From a virus, in the IMG/VR virus record IMGVR_UViG_3300026484_000394, positions 33,198 through 97,197 of that record: DNA of 64,000 nucleotides; one strand, given 5' to 3'. Below, piece by piece: positions 1-9,186 of this stretch. Below the pieces are notes generated by a model. That model was not told the origin of the DNA and ran no database searches. It saw only the letters and a program-made list of their open reading frames with translations. Made by a program: the position numbers and the translations under genes. Within the stretch, counting starts at the first letter, position 1, and each line of letters opens with the position of its first letter.

Positions 1-298
1 GCTTAATGGCAATGCCGTAGATAAGATAGCAGAGTCTGTTAAGTCTAGCTTTTTTGGGGGCAATTGGAATAGTAGAATAGCCTCCCTGCACTCTCTATCC
101 CTTCAGAATGGAAATGGCATACAAAAGATAACAGCAAGGGTGTTCGTGAACCCTATGCTTTCAAAAGAAATTGTTTTCTATGGAAATGCATTCTCTTTAA
201 GTAGATATGGAATGCTCGACTGGATTGGGTATGGAAATACACTATTTAAAGTGAAAAGCTTAATTGACATAGAGAGTGGACATGCTACATCCTTATAA
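1..298 (+). CDS. 3' end of an unknown protein (runs off window start)
   Basis: Frame +2 is open from base 2 (LNGNAVDKIAESVK...) to TAA at 296-298 and overlaps the start of the next gene; not in the ORF track. Confidence 0.65.
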   Translation, partial: LNGNAVDKIAESVKSSFFGGNWNSRIASLHSLSLQNGNGIQKITARVFVNPMLSKEIVFYGNAFSLSRYGMLDWIGYGNTLFKVKSLIDIESGHATSL

Positions 299-992
299 TA
301 TTTTATATCCTACTCAGCATCAGACAGTAGAAAGTGACCCTTACTTTAAGGCCTTTAAAAAATATCTTGGAGCAACAGAAGAAATTATTGTAGCTAACCG
401 TGCAAATGTTAAACAAGGCCGTATCATTATTCCTTGCCATATTGTTGACATAGATGACGATAACTTTATGTTTGCAGATAGAGATGATATCAATATTTCC
501 TCTATTGTTTCCCAAGTTAGTTTTAATGGAGAGTGGGTTTTGTCCGACCTAGAGGATTCTATTAGTAAAGAACATGATTTCTATCAAATGGTAAATGATA
601 TTGTTTTTGTTGTTTGCAAGGCAGAACCTATTATTTATCATTCTACTGTCACTGGGGACTTGAGTGCGGATGGTGTTTTTTTTCTGCAGTCAACCTCAGA
701 AAAAATCGCAACCATCTCCAACTTAGTCCTTCAATCGTCAATTTCATTTGAAGAGAAGATAGTAGAGATTCAAGACAACATTGTCACGACAGATAAAAGA
801 ATTATTAAATTAAACCACATAGATATGTTTCACTATTCAGTGGATGATGTAGTAGTGAAAGGTGTTTTCTTTGACCCTGTTGCAACTGTAAGCAACTCTG
901 ATGGCTATATAGAAATATCTCTGCCTAGTGACAAAATGTATCTAAAAGAGCATCTAAATTTCCAGACAAATATTTATTTCAAAGAGGTGTAA
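282..992 (+). CDS. hypothetical protein, possibly virion/tail associated
   Basis: ORF 276..992; ATG at 282 after a purine-rich GAGAG; ends 2 nt before the tape-measure-like gene. Confidence 0.7.
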   Translation: MLHPYNILYPTQHQTVESDPYFKAFKKYLGATEEIIVANRANVKQGRIIIPCHIVDIDDDNFMFADRDDINISSIVSQVSFNGEWVLSDLEDSISKEHDFYQMVNDIVFVVCKAEPIIYHSTVTGDLSADGVFFLQSTSEKIATISNLVLQSSISFEEKIVEIQDNIVTTDKRIIKLNHIDMFHYSVDDVVVKGVFFDPVATVSNSDGYIEISLPSDKMYLKEHLNFQTNIYFKEV

Positions 993-994
993 TA

Positions 995-3900
995 ATGCAA
1001 GACCCAATGGCTACACAAACTCAATCTAGCATGTATCTTAATCCTTGGCAATCAATGCTGTCTCACCCATCCATGATGGGTACTGGACCGCAAGGCTTTG
1101 TAGACCCATCTTCATTGAGCTATTATCAGAATAGTTACGGCAGCAATATGTCAAATATTGCGAGTAGTCAATATGGACAAATTCATTCAAACGCATTTTC
1201 TAATGCAGCATTACTAAATACTGGAATGGTAGCTCCAGGTGCAGGAATGAACATGTCAATGCTTAGACAGCATCAAGCAAATGCGTCAATGAATATGGGA
1301 CATAGTATGACAACTACTGGTATTGGGCTAATGGGTGGTTTTGCTGGGGCTACGATAGGTTCACGGTTTGGTGCCATTGGTGGTGTTATTGGTGGTATTG
1401 TTGGCGAAGCAGCAGGTTCCATGGTAGGGGTTTTAGCTGAAGATGGTTTAAATACTCTTTCAGGAGTTCATCGCTCCATGGGACTATTGGCTAATCCAGA
1501 CAGTCCCTACGGTGGTGGCTATGGGCATTCTACCTCTGATGCGAAAGATGTATATTCATCTATTCAAGATATGTCTATGGATGATATTACTTTTAGTCAG
1601 CAAGAAATTGGTCGAATACTTAACGAAGGCATTAAAACAGGCCAGATTTCTGGAGGCTCTACAGATCAAATAAAAACTAAACTGAAAGAACTGAAAGAGA
1701 CTGCAAAAGGACTAGCTTCAATGTTTGGGACCAATGATATCTCCGAAATAATGGATCATATGAGAAAGCTAGGTGGAAGTGGACTTATGGCGGCGGATAC
1801 AAAGCAGGTTGCAGCAGATGTTGCAGTGGCAGCAAGAGCACTCGGAGTAGATGCTCAGCAGTATGGGGTGGCTTATGAAGCAAGAAGTAAAGCTAAATCT
1901 GATATGGGGGGTCATTCTGAGCAAATGAACTTATTGTTAGATGCTAGGGTAGATGGCTTTATGTCATTGGGAGACAAGACCTCTCTTTTGTTTGGGGGGA
2001 GTAAAGATAAAAGAGCAAAAGTAAGCCAAGAACTATACCAAATAGAGGCAAACTTATTCGGCAGCTCTACCACAAGTTCAGTTTTATTGTCAGAGCAGAA
2101 CACAATGTCAAAAGAACAAATAGTTATGTCCTCTAAAGCTTTTGCAAGAGAGTCATTCTTAAATAGTGACAGAGAGAATTTGACAAAAGAAGCTTCTTCA
2201 TCAGGTCAGCCTCTTTCATCTGTTGTAACTTCTAAATTTGAAGCCCTATCGGAGAAAGAGAAGAGAAAGTTTTACGATATTGGGAACAAGAAGGTGTTGA
2301 GTAAATGGGAAGATAAGAAAGGTATGTACGAGGATGTCGTAAGCATTTCCCCCGATGTTTTCAGTATAAGGGAAACTGATGCATACAGTTCTTTTGATGC
2401 ACAAGCTTTGAAAAATGCCACTCAAGATGATTCTAAATTTGTATTCAGTAATACTGATTTGGCAAACAAGAGTATTCACTCTGTTTTCAAAGCTATTCAG
2501 TTTGGCTTTGGGAAAGAAGAGTCGATCGGTACCGGGAATATCTCTACTGATGTATACAAATTAGCAAATGCAATGACGGAAGACATGAATGGTGGGGTTG
2601 CGAAAAAGGCACAGGACATTCACGACCAGATGAAAGCAGATCGTGAGCAAAAGAGTATCTTAATGAATACAAATAGAGCTGGATTCATAGAGAAGATATA
2701 CCGAAAATACTCAAACAAGGCTACAGATTTTGTTGTAGATATTTCTACAAAAGCCATGTATGATGCTGAATTTTCTGGCACTGCAGAGAGTGACGGGATG
2801 TCTAAAAAAGAAATATTTTCCAAGTATTCAAAAGAGATCTCAGAAGGTAAATCAGGATTAGATAAGAGGTTTTCTTTAGATTCTATGCTTACTCAAGGAG
2901 GCAGAAGTTTTAGTGCACTTGCTTGGATGAAAGACAAAAGTGCTACAAAAGCAGACACTATTGTAAACTCTTCATTAGCTGCCGTAGGAGACTACCAAGT
3001 AGTAATACAGGAAAGTAAGAGTCAAGCACTAGCCCAATTGATGGCAGGAGAGTATAGCAAAGATAAACGTAATCATGGGTCAGAGACGAAAATGCAGAAT
3101 CTCTTGTCTGTCGCGTCAGGTAAAATAAGTGTTGACGAGTGGGCAAAAAATAGGGATATCCGATCTAGCCAAATTCAAGAAGATGCGAAAAGCTTTAAAA
3201 GCACTATGTCAAGGTCAACAACAAATAGACATCGTCAGCTAAAGAACGCTTTGACAGAATTTGATGATACTCATTCATCGGGATATTTTAATGTGGCTGT
3301 GATGGCAAAAGATGAACTGTTTTATTCAGGAAGAAGGGTTGCAAAAAACAAGGTAGCAAGAGTAAATAAAAAACCAAAATATACAGAAAAAGTGAGTAGT
3401 TATTTGCAATCCATTAATCAAGGCTCTGATGATGATATTAAAACTCGATTGGAGTTTGCTAAGAAACTGGAGAGTGGAGAGTTAAAAAAAAGCATTGATG
3501 AAAAAGGCTTCAGTCAAGTAGTAGATGATTTTATGTCCTCAGATGCAAACAAGAAACTTAGTGGAAAGAGACATATTGCAGACAAAATCAAGAATTCTAA
3601 TGGAGATATTAAGTCTCTATATTCGGATATGTTTAAGGATACTGCAAAAAGAGAAAAATTTAAAGCTGGTGGAGCGGACATAAAGTCTATGTTGGATTCT
3701 ATTGGGGTGAATGTTTCTGGAAATTTGTCCAAAGATGACTATTTGGATACAAAAGATATGCTGAGAGATGGAAAATTTTCCAAACAAATAACACAGCTAT
3801 TGGGAGAAGGGGTGGATGCAAAAAAAATACAGACGAATTTAGCTAATGCTATTGACGGAAATGAAAAAGCACTTGCTCTAGCAAACTCCCCTTTCGCTGG

Positions 3901-4669
3901 ACAGGTGACTCAATTGTATGCAGCAGATAAGAACAATAGTCCTCTTCAAAAAGAGGCTAATCACAGCCTGAAATTCAGAAAAGGACTTGTGGGCTTCGGA
4001 GAATTATCACAAGAGAGAAAAGAGGCTGTGTTAACTGCTGCCAAAGGGGCAGCAGCTGTCACTAAAGGTGATAACAGAATTGAACATGCTTTAAGTATTC
4101 GCAATAAACTAGATAGCTATTCTGACCTTGATGAGGAAGAAAAAATAATAGCTACCAACCTCTCTTCATATGAAGATATTGGAGATGTGGATCTAAAAAA
4201 CCTGTCTTCTTTTGCTGCAAGCACAGATATGAGCGGTCGTTTTATGAAAGAAATGAGGACAATCACAGGGCAAAGCTTAAGAACAGAGGACGACCAGGGG
4301 CATATGAGAGATGCTTTTGCTTTATTTAAAGAGGAAGAAGATGGGTCTTTTGATCTGCGAACAACTTCTGAAATGAAAGAAGTGCTTGGCGGTGACGGGA
4401 AAATGTCAAGCCATTTCAAAGACTTATGGGAAGAGAAATTTAATGAGTCTTACAATGAAAAGAATGCATCTGAAAAAAAGATAAATTCATTTCAATCTTT
4501 CATAGCTGAGAATGCTGGGATGGGAGGAAAGCTAGATGCTTTTGAAAGCTCTTTAAATGGAGGAGCTAGTATGAAGGCTACTGAAACGCTTTTAACAAGT
4601 ATTGATTCGACACTTGCTCAAATCGCTAAAAATACAGAGAATAAAACATCAATTAAAAGTACGGAATAA
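995..4669 (+). CDS. probable tail tape measure protein
   Basis: 1224 aa, Ala/Gly/Ser/Lys-rich helical-type composition, Gly-rich hydrophobic segment GIGLMGGFAGATIGSRFGAIGGVIGGIVG, virion gene context. Confidence 0.6.
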   Translation: MQDPMATQTQSSMYLNPWQSMLSHPSMMGTGPQGFVDPSSLSYYQNSYGSNMSNIASSQYGQIHSNAFSNAALLNTGMVAPGAGMNMSMLRQHQANASMNMGHSMTTTGIGLMGGFAGATIGSRFGAIGGVIGGIVGEAAGSMVGVLAEDGLNTLSGVHRSMGLLANPDSPYGGGYGHSTSDAKDVYSSIQDMSMDDITFSQQEIGRILNEGIKTGQISGGSTDQIKTKLKELKETAKGLASMFGTNDISEIMDHMRKLGGSGLMAADTKQVAADVAVAARALGVDAQQYGVAYEARSKAKSDMGGHSEQMNLLLDARVDGFMSLGDKTSLLFGGSKDKRAKVSQELYQIEANLFGSSTTSSVLLSEQNTMSKEQIVMSSKAFARESFLNSDRENLTKEASSSGQPLSSVVTSKFEALSEKEKRKFYDIGNKKVLSKWEDKKGMYEDVVSISPDVFSIRETDAYSSFDAQALKNATQDDSKFVFSNTDLANKSIHSVFKAIQFGFGKEESIGTGNISTDVYKLANAMTEDMNGGVAKKAQDIHDQMKADREQKSILMNTNRAGFIEKIYRKYSNKATDFVVDISTKAMYDAEFSGTAESDGMSKKEIFSKYSKEISEGKSGLDKRFSLDSMLTQGGRSFSALAWMKDKSATKADTIVNSSLAAVGDYQVVIQESKSQALAQLMAGEYSKDKRNHGSETKMQNLLSVASGKISVDEWAKNRDIRSSQIQEDAKSFKSTMSRSTTNRHRQLKNALTEFDDTHSSGYFNVAVMAKDELFYSGRRVAKNKVARVNKKPKYTEKVSSYLQSINQGSDDDIKTRLEFAKKLESGELKKSIDEKGFSQVVDDFMSSDANKKLSGKRHIADKIKNSNGDIKSLYSDMFKDTAKREKFKAGGADIKSMLDSIGVNVSGNLSKDDYLDTKDMLRDGKFSKQITQLLGEGVDAKKIQTNLANAIDGNEKALALANSPFAGQVTQLYAADKNNSPLQKEANHSLKFRKGLVGFGELSQERKEAVLTAAKGAAAVTKGDNRIEHALSIRNKLDSYSDLDEEEKIIATNLSSYEDIGDVDLKNLSSFAASTDMSGRFMKEMRTITGQSLRTEDDQGHMRDAFALFKEEEDGSFDLRTTSEMKEVLGGDGKMSSHFKDLWEEKFNESYNEKNASEKKINSFQSFIAENAGMGGKLDAFESSLNGGASMKATETLLTSIDSTLAQIAKNTENKTSIKSTE

Positions 4670-4754
4670 TTATAAGTATTTTTATGTTATTATTCAGACA
4701 TATTCTGCAGGGTTCTATTTATATCTAGACCTTGCTACAAAACAAGGAGTTTAT

Positions 4755-5021
4755 ATGTTAGAAGCATACAAAGAAGTGATTATTACAAGAAGACTTGGGA
4801 ACAGTAAAGAAAGTGAAATGGGGGCAGTAAGAACATCCTCTGAGAAAGCAGAATCCCTTAAAGTGGAAGTGCTAAGTTCAAATGTGCATATGGTAAATGC
4901 TGGAGACAAACTTTTGATTGCAAAATACTCCGGAACTGCAGTTACTTATAAGGGCGAGGATGTTGTGTTTATACGAGAAGAGGATATCTTAGCGTCAATT
5001 ATAGGAAGAGATGATGCATAG
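4755..5021 (+). CDS. groES: co-chaperonin GroES-like protein
   Basis: VNAGDKLLIAKYSGTAVTYKGEDVVFIREEDILA matches the Cpn10 C-terminal signature; AAGGAG RBS before ATG 4755 (track start 4602 is too long). Confidence 0.9.
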   Translation: MLEAYKEVIITRRLGNSKESEMGAVRTSSEKAESLKVEVLSSNVHMVNAGDKLLIAKYSGTAVTYKGEDVVFIREEDILASIIGRDDA

Positions 5022-6417
5022 AGACCTGATAACTTCTGTATTTCAAACGGCCGCGAGAACAGTTGGCTCAACATATGGTCCAAATGGTAGTTTCGCAATT
5101 TTAACGGATGGGAAAAACTCTGTAGTAACCAAGGATGGCGTGAGTGTTCTTCGTCATATGAAATATTCAAGCAACGTGGAGCAAGGTATATTTGAAATTA
5201 TCAAGGAAGCCTCTCTTCGGACTCTTACTGAGGTAGGTGACGGGACAACAACAACTATTCTCTTGGCTGAAAATATTTACTCGCTATTACATCCTGTGGA
5301 CTTTCACAAAAAAGAAGATATCCTAGCTAAAGCAATTGCTCAGCTTTCTGATGTGAAGAAAAAGGCTTCCCAAGAGGACTTATTCACAGTGGCAATGACT
5401 GCAACTGCAGGCGACGAAATTTTAGCAAGAATAGTTGTGGATGCTGTAATAACATCTGCTGAAAAAGGATATTCTAGTGTCACTGCCGAAGCTAATTCTG
5501 AGAGTAATACTTCTATTCTTGAAGAAGAAAGACTTGGGTTTAAGGGTACTTTAGTGGACAATGCTTTTTATGATAAGTCAGGCGACTTTTTAGAATGGGC
5601 AGATGCAGTTACCATTGTATCTTTGTCTGAAATAGCAGGAGAAGAGAATGTTATTTCGCTTGTAGAAAAATGCCTAAGAGAGGGGATTGAGAAAATTATG
5701 ATCCTGGCACCAAGCTTCGCACTCACTGCACTCTCTGCAATGGCAGTGAATAATCATCTGGTTCGATTTGCTCCTATTGTAATCTCAGCAGGAGACGCCG
5801 CTAAAACAAAGCTTGCCCTAGAGACATTGGCTATCTCTTTAGAAGCTACAGCGATAGGTATAGAAACTGGAGTGGAGTTAAGAGACGCTACACAAACACA
5901 TTTTGCTCAGATAAAATCTCTTTCTTTTCGCAATTCACATATATCTTGTGAAGTGAAATCAACTGATGGTGGAGAGGTTAGGAGAGAGTCTGCTCGAATA
6001 CTTGCTTTAGATTGTCTAGCAAAGGCTTCTGATGACGAAGAGCGAGATATGTATAGAGTAATACTTGGGATCTTAAATAGAGGAAGTATCACTATTCAAG
6101 TAGGAGCAGCTAGTTTAGGTGCTGCTATTGAAAGAAAAGATAGAACAGACGATTGTGTTAATGCAGTAGAGCTAGCCTTATCTGGAGGTGTTGTAGCTGG
6201 GGCAGGAAGAGCTTACGAGGCAGCTCTAGCTAATCTTGGTTACGACACTCCCTTTGGAGAAGCATCAAGTGCATTAATTCTTCCAATAACGAAGAGCACT
6301 CGCCCTTTAGATCCATATGCTGTTGCTGAAACTGCTCTTACTCAAGCAATAGAGCTTGCCTTTCTAATGAAACGGTCAGCAGTAGTTGTATTAAATAATA
6401 AAAATAAGGAATCTTAA
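5011..6417 (+). CDS. groEL: divergent phage chaperonin, GroEL-like
   Basis: Motifs TYGPNG, VTKDGVSV, VGDGTTTT, ERKDRTDDCVNA, GGVVAGAG; 468 aa, no GGM tail; adjacent to groES. Confidence 0.92.
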   Translation: MMHRDLITSVFQTAARTVGSTYGPNGSFAILTDGKNSVVTKDGVSVLRHMKYSSNVEQGIFEIIKEASLRTLTEVGDGTTTTILLAENIYSLLHPVDFHKKEDILAKAIAQLSDVKKKASQEDLFTVAMTATAGDEILARIVVDAVITSAEKGYSSVTAEANSESNTSILEEERLGFKGTLVDNAFYDKSGDFLEWADAVTIVSLSEIAGEENVISLVEKCLREGIEKIMILAPSFALTALSAMAVNNHLVRFAPIVISAGDAAKTKLALETLAISLEATAIGIETGVELRDATQTHFAQIKSLSFRNSHISCEVKSTDGGEVRRESARILALDCLAKASDDEERDMYRVILGILNRGSITIQVGAASLGAAIERKDRTDDCVNAVELALSGGVVAGAGRAYEAALANLGYDTPFGEASSALILPITKSTRPLDPYAVAETALTQAIELAFLMKRSAVVVLNNKNKES

Positions 6418-7095
6418 ATGACGGCCAATGCAAATATTCAAACAGAAAATCTTGAAGAGGACAGCATCTCTAGTGATGCTATTGATTTTGAAGATAGTTC
6501 ATTTATAGCAGAAAATGACCACTCTCAAGAAAATCAAGATACGCAAGATACACAAGATGACACTCAGCCTGCAGAAACTAAGGAGGAGAAGAGTGAGACT
6601 CCTCCTGAATCTGAAGCTACTAGAATGGAGAAGCTCATGAAAGAAATAGCCAGCCAGCCGATTGAAGTGGCTATGGCTAATCTTGAAGTAAGTGAGCGAG
6701 AGCTTCAGGCTGCGGCAGAAGGAGTGTTTTCAAAAAAAGGTTATGCTCAGAGGGCCTTTACTCTTCCTTTTGGGGGAAGTATTGTTTTGAGAACAAAGTC
6801 TGTAAACGATTTCATTGATTATACGAACTATGTTCGAAGATTACTGCTAGAACCCATTTCAAAGAATGAGTACGACACATATACTCAATTAAGAAATTTA
6901 GCCTATGCTATTGTTGAACTAGATGGTGAAGATTTAACAGAAATGGATATTGAGGAGAAATTCCAATATTTAAGAACATTGAGTGATGCAAAAGTAGCAG
7001 CTATAATCACAACTACGGTTAAATTTTGGAGAGTCTCTCACTTGCTTCTTCATCCGGAGTTAGTTCCTTTTTTGTCAAAACAGCCCAAAACATAG
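6418..7095 (+). CDS. putative tail assembly chaperone (G-like)
   Basis: Acidic N-terminus; ends over a T TTT TTG slippery heptamer with an open -1 frame beyond it. Confidence 0.55.
   Translation: MTANANIQTENLEEDSISSDAIDFEDSSFIAENDHSQENQDTQDTQDDTQPAETKEEKSETPPESEATRMEKLMKEIASQPIEVAMANLEVSERELQAAAEGVFSKKGYAQRAFTLPFGGSIVLRTKSVNDFIDYTNYVRRLLLEPISKNEYDTYTQLRNLAYAIVELDGEDLTEMDIEEKFQYLRTLSDAKVAAIITTTVKFWRVSHLLLHPELVPFLSKQPKT
7068..7074 (+). other. programmed -1 ribosomal frameshift site T TTT TTG
   Basis: X XXY YYZ pattern correctly phased (CCT TTT TTG, codons at 7066/7069/7072). Confidence 0.6.
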
Positions 7096-7316
7096 TTCTT
7101 TGGGCTCTAAAAAGATTAGATCAAATGGATGGACCTCCACAAGACGGTTTAGAAAAAGCTCTCTTTGAAGCATTGATGATGCATGAGCGGTCCAGACAAA
7201 AGAAGATTGCTATCTCAAGCTCTCTAATAGGGGTGTTTGGTAGCTTGTCTACCGAGTCTGCTGACTACAGCAAGAATATCGGAGAATTAATAAGAGATAT
7301 ATTGAAGGAGAATTAG
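7068..7316 (+). CDS. putative -1 frameshift extension (GT-like) of the tail assembly chaperone
   Basis: ORF 7026..7316 is in the -1 frame relative to 6418..7095, has a TTG start with no evident RBS, and its stop abuts the next gene at 7316. Confidence 0.55.
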   Translation, partial: FFVKTAQNIVLWALKRLDQMDGPPQDGLEKALFEALMMHERSRQKKIAISSSLIGVFGSLSTESADYSKNIGELIRDILKEN

Positions 7317-9184
7317 TGGCTAGCAATAAGCAGATTGTGGAAATTCCTGATGTTGGAGCCGTGGGCAGAGAGTTAGGAATACAATTTGATATCAAAGAAG
7401 GGTATTATGTTTGTGGGAGAAACTTTTATAGAACTTTTTCGTGTATGGTTGAAGAACAGTTTGACATACAAGGAAGAGCAGATGAAACACTAGACCAATA
7501 CTTTCATAAACTCAGGGATACCCAGTCTCTCGAAGCACAAATTAAAAAAGAAAGATCATTAAATCTGGAACCTTTTACTGAAATTCAATGGCAAAGTAAA
7601 AAACTGAATATATTTCAAGAAACTGACTTGGAAAAGAAAGGTCACCACGAGTGTTTCAGAAGAGATACTGAGACCAAGGCTGGAACTTTTGTAAAGGGAG
7701 ATGTTGTATTTAGAATAGTTAATTCCAAAGGAAGAGAGTGTGGTGTTATTATCACAAGAAAAGGGAAGCCTTCGTTTGTAGAGTTTCCAAAGAGTGAGTT
7801 ACTTCTTCCTATTAATTACTCAGGCACCGTAAGGGAAGCTAGGTATTTTAACACTATCTCGAAGGCAATAATAAAAGGTTTTGCTGAATTGCCAATCATA
7901 ACAAAATCATTTGGATCCAATATCTTCCTTTGTGTCGCATTAGGACTTGTGGAAAATATAAGAGTTGGGACTTTGCATCTATGGTCTTTGGCTCAGGTTC
8001 TAGTCGAGTATCCGGATATATTTAAGTATCCTCGCTTTACTATCAATGGAAGACAGCCATTAGAGATGATAACTACTCATTATGCTAGATTTTCTGGTGA
8101 AAAAAAAAGAGAGATTACAGGACAGCTTCTTGAAGTATATGCAGAAAGAAACCTCCCTATTCCAAAAGAGATGTCTGCTTATATCGTTCAAGATGGAATG
8201 CCTAAAATGTCAAGGAAGCTTCTCTATGAGAAGATGAGAAATGCTCTTGAGATAGCATTTACTTTTTTCTATCAAAATGGGTTTTTTTGCTATAAGGAAA
8301 AATTGACTGGTGATGTCATCGAGTTTAGCTCAGATAATTATAGTTCAGAATCAAAAGACATTTCAGAAAGGCTTAAAAGATACGCTCCTATTTCCCAGGG
8401 CTTCAAAAGTTTTACTTATCAAGAAAGAGTGTTTACTATTGCCCATATCGTGAGAGAGATTATATCAGAGACACAAGTGATAGAGAATCACAAATTTGAG
8501 CTAGGTGAGCAGATGATTTGGATTGATTATGCAAGAAGTGTTGTCGGATATAAGACAGATGGTGTAGAGCTTGTGGAATTCAAAAGACTTGCTTATCCTG
8601 CAAAGAAACCCAGTGTCACAGGCGTACTTAAAAGGTATGATATGTTCAGGCTGTTATTTGCAGATGAGGAATCATTTTTAGAGTTCTTAGCTATTTCCAT
8701 AGCTATTCAGGTTTGTTTAATTATGAAGATACATTTTCATGTTAAAATTCCAAATACTAATGCTAAGCATAAGTATAGAATAAGTCAACTGCTCCGTAGT
8801 GCAACTCTAAATCCCTTGAGGCTGTCTTTTGTTACAATAAGAGGGCATAAGCCAAAACTTCGGGAGGACAATATATCTCTAGATGAAAGTCTTTTCAGTA
8901 ATTATATGGTAACTTTTGATGACTCTTCAGATATTCCAATCAAGTACGATAGCATAACCCAAGAGTTTGAACTTGCAAGAAGAATAATGATGTATATCTC
9001 GAGATGTGGAAGTCCTTTTCATTCTAAATTAATCACTGAAGTGCTACAATATATAGCACAAACATATCGCAATGAAACACACGCCGACAATACTGTTTAT
9101 ACATTTGATATGGTGCGTAAGATTGTTGATGTGATATGCGGGCAACAGCTTCGCAAAAGACCAACTAAAAAAATAAAGGAATAA
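7316..9184 (+). CDS. hypothetical protein (622 aa, basic)
   Basis: Long ORF coupled to both neighbours; no recognised motif. Confidence 0.75.
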   Translation: MASNKQIVEIPDVGAVGRELGIQFDIKEGYYVCGRNFYRTFSCMVEEQFDIQGRADETLDQYFHKLRDTQSLEAQIKKERSLNLEPFTEIQWQSKKLNIFQETDLEKKGHHECFRRDTETKAGTFVKGDVVFRIVNSKGRECGVIITRKGKPSFVEFPKSELLLPINYSGTVREARYFNTISKAIIKGFAELPIITKSFGSNIFLCVALGLVENIRVGTLHLWSLAQVLVEYPDIFKYPRFTINGRQPLEMITTHYARFSGEKKREITGQLLEVYAERNLPIPKEMSAYIVQDGMPKMSRKLLYEKMRNALEIAFTFFYQNGFFCYKEKLTGDVIEFSSDNYSSESKDISERLKRYAPISQGFKSFTYQERVFTIAHIVREIISETQVIENHKFELGEQMIWIDYARSVVGYKTDGVELVEFKRLAYPAKKPSVTGVLKRYDMFRLLFADEESFLEFLAISIAIQVCLIMKIHFHVKIPNTNAKHKYRISQLLRSATLNPLRLSFVTIRGHKPKLREDNISLDESLFSNYMVTFDDSSDIPIKYDSITQEFELARRIMMYISRCGSPFHSKLITEVLQYIAQTYRNETHADNTVYTFDMVRKIVDVICGQQLRKRPTKKIKE

Positions 9185-9186
9185 TC

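Noticed and set aside
4602-4754. N-terminal extension of GroES in the ORF track
   Set aside because: Overlaps the previous gene and intergenic DNA; strong RBS supports ATG 4755
6535-6560. Short CAAGATAC repeats
   Set aside because: Low-complexity QDT coding in a disordered acidic N-terminus
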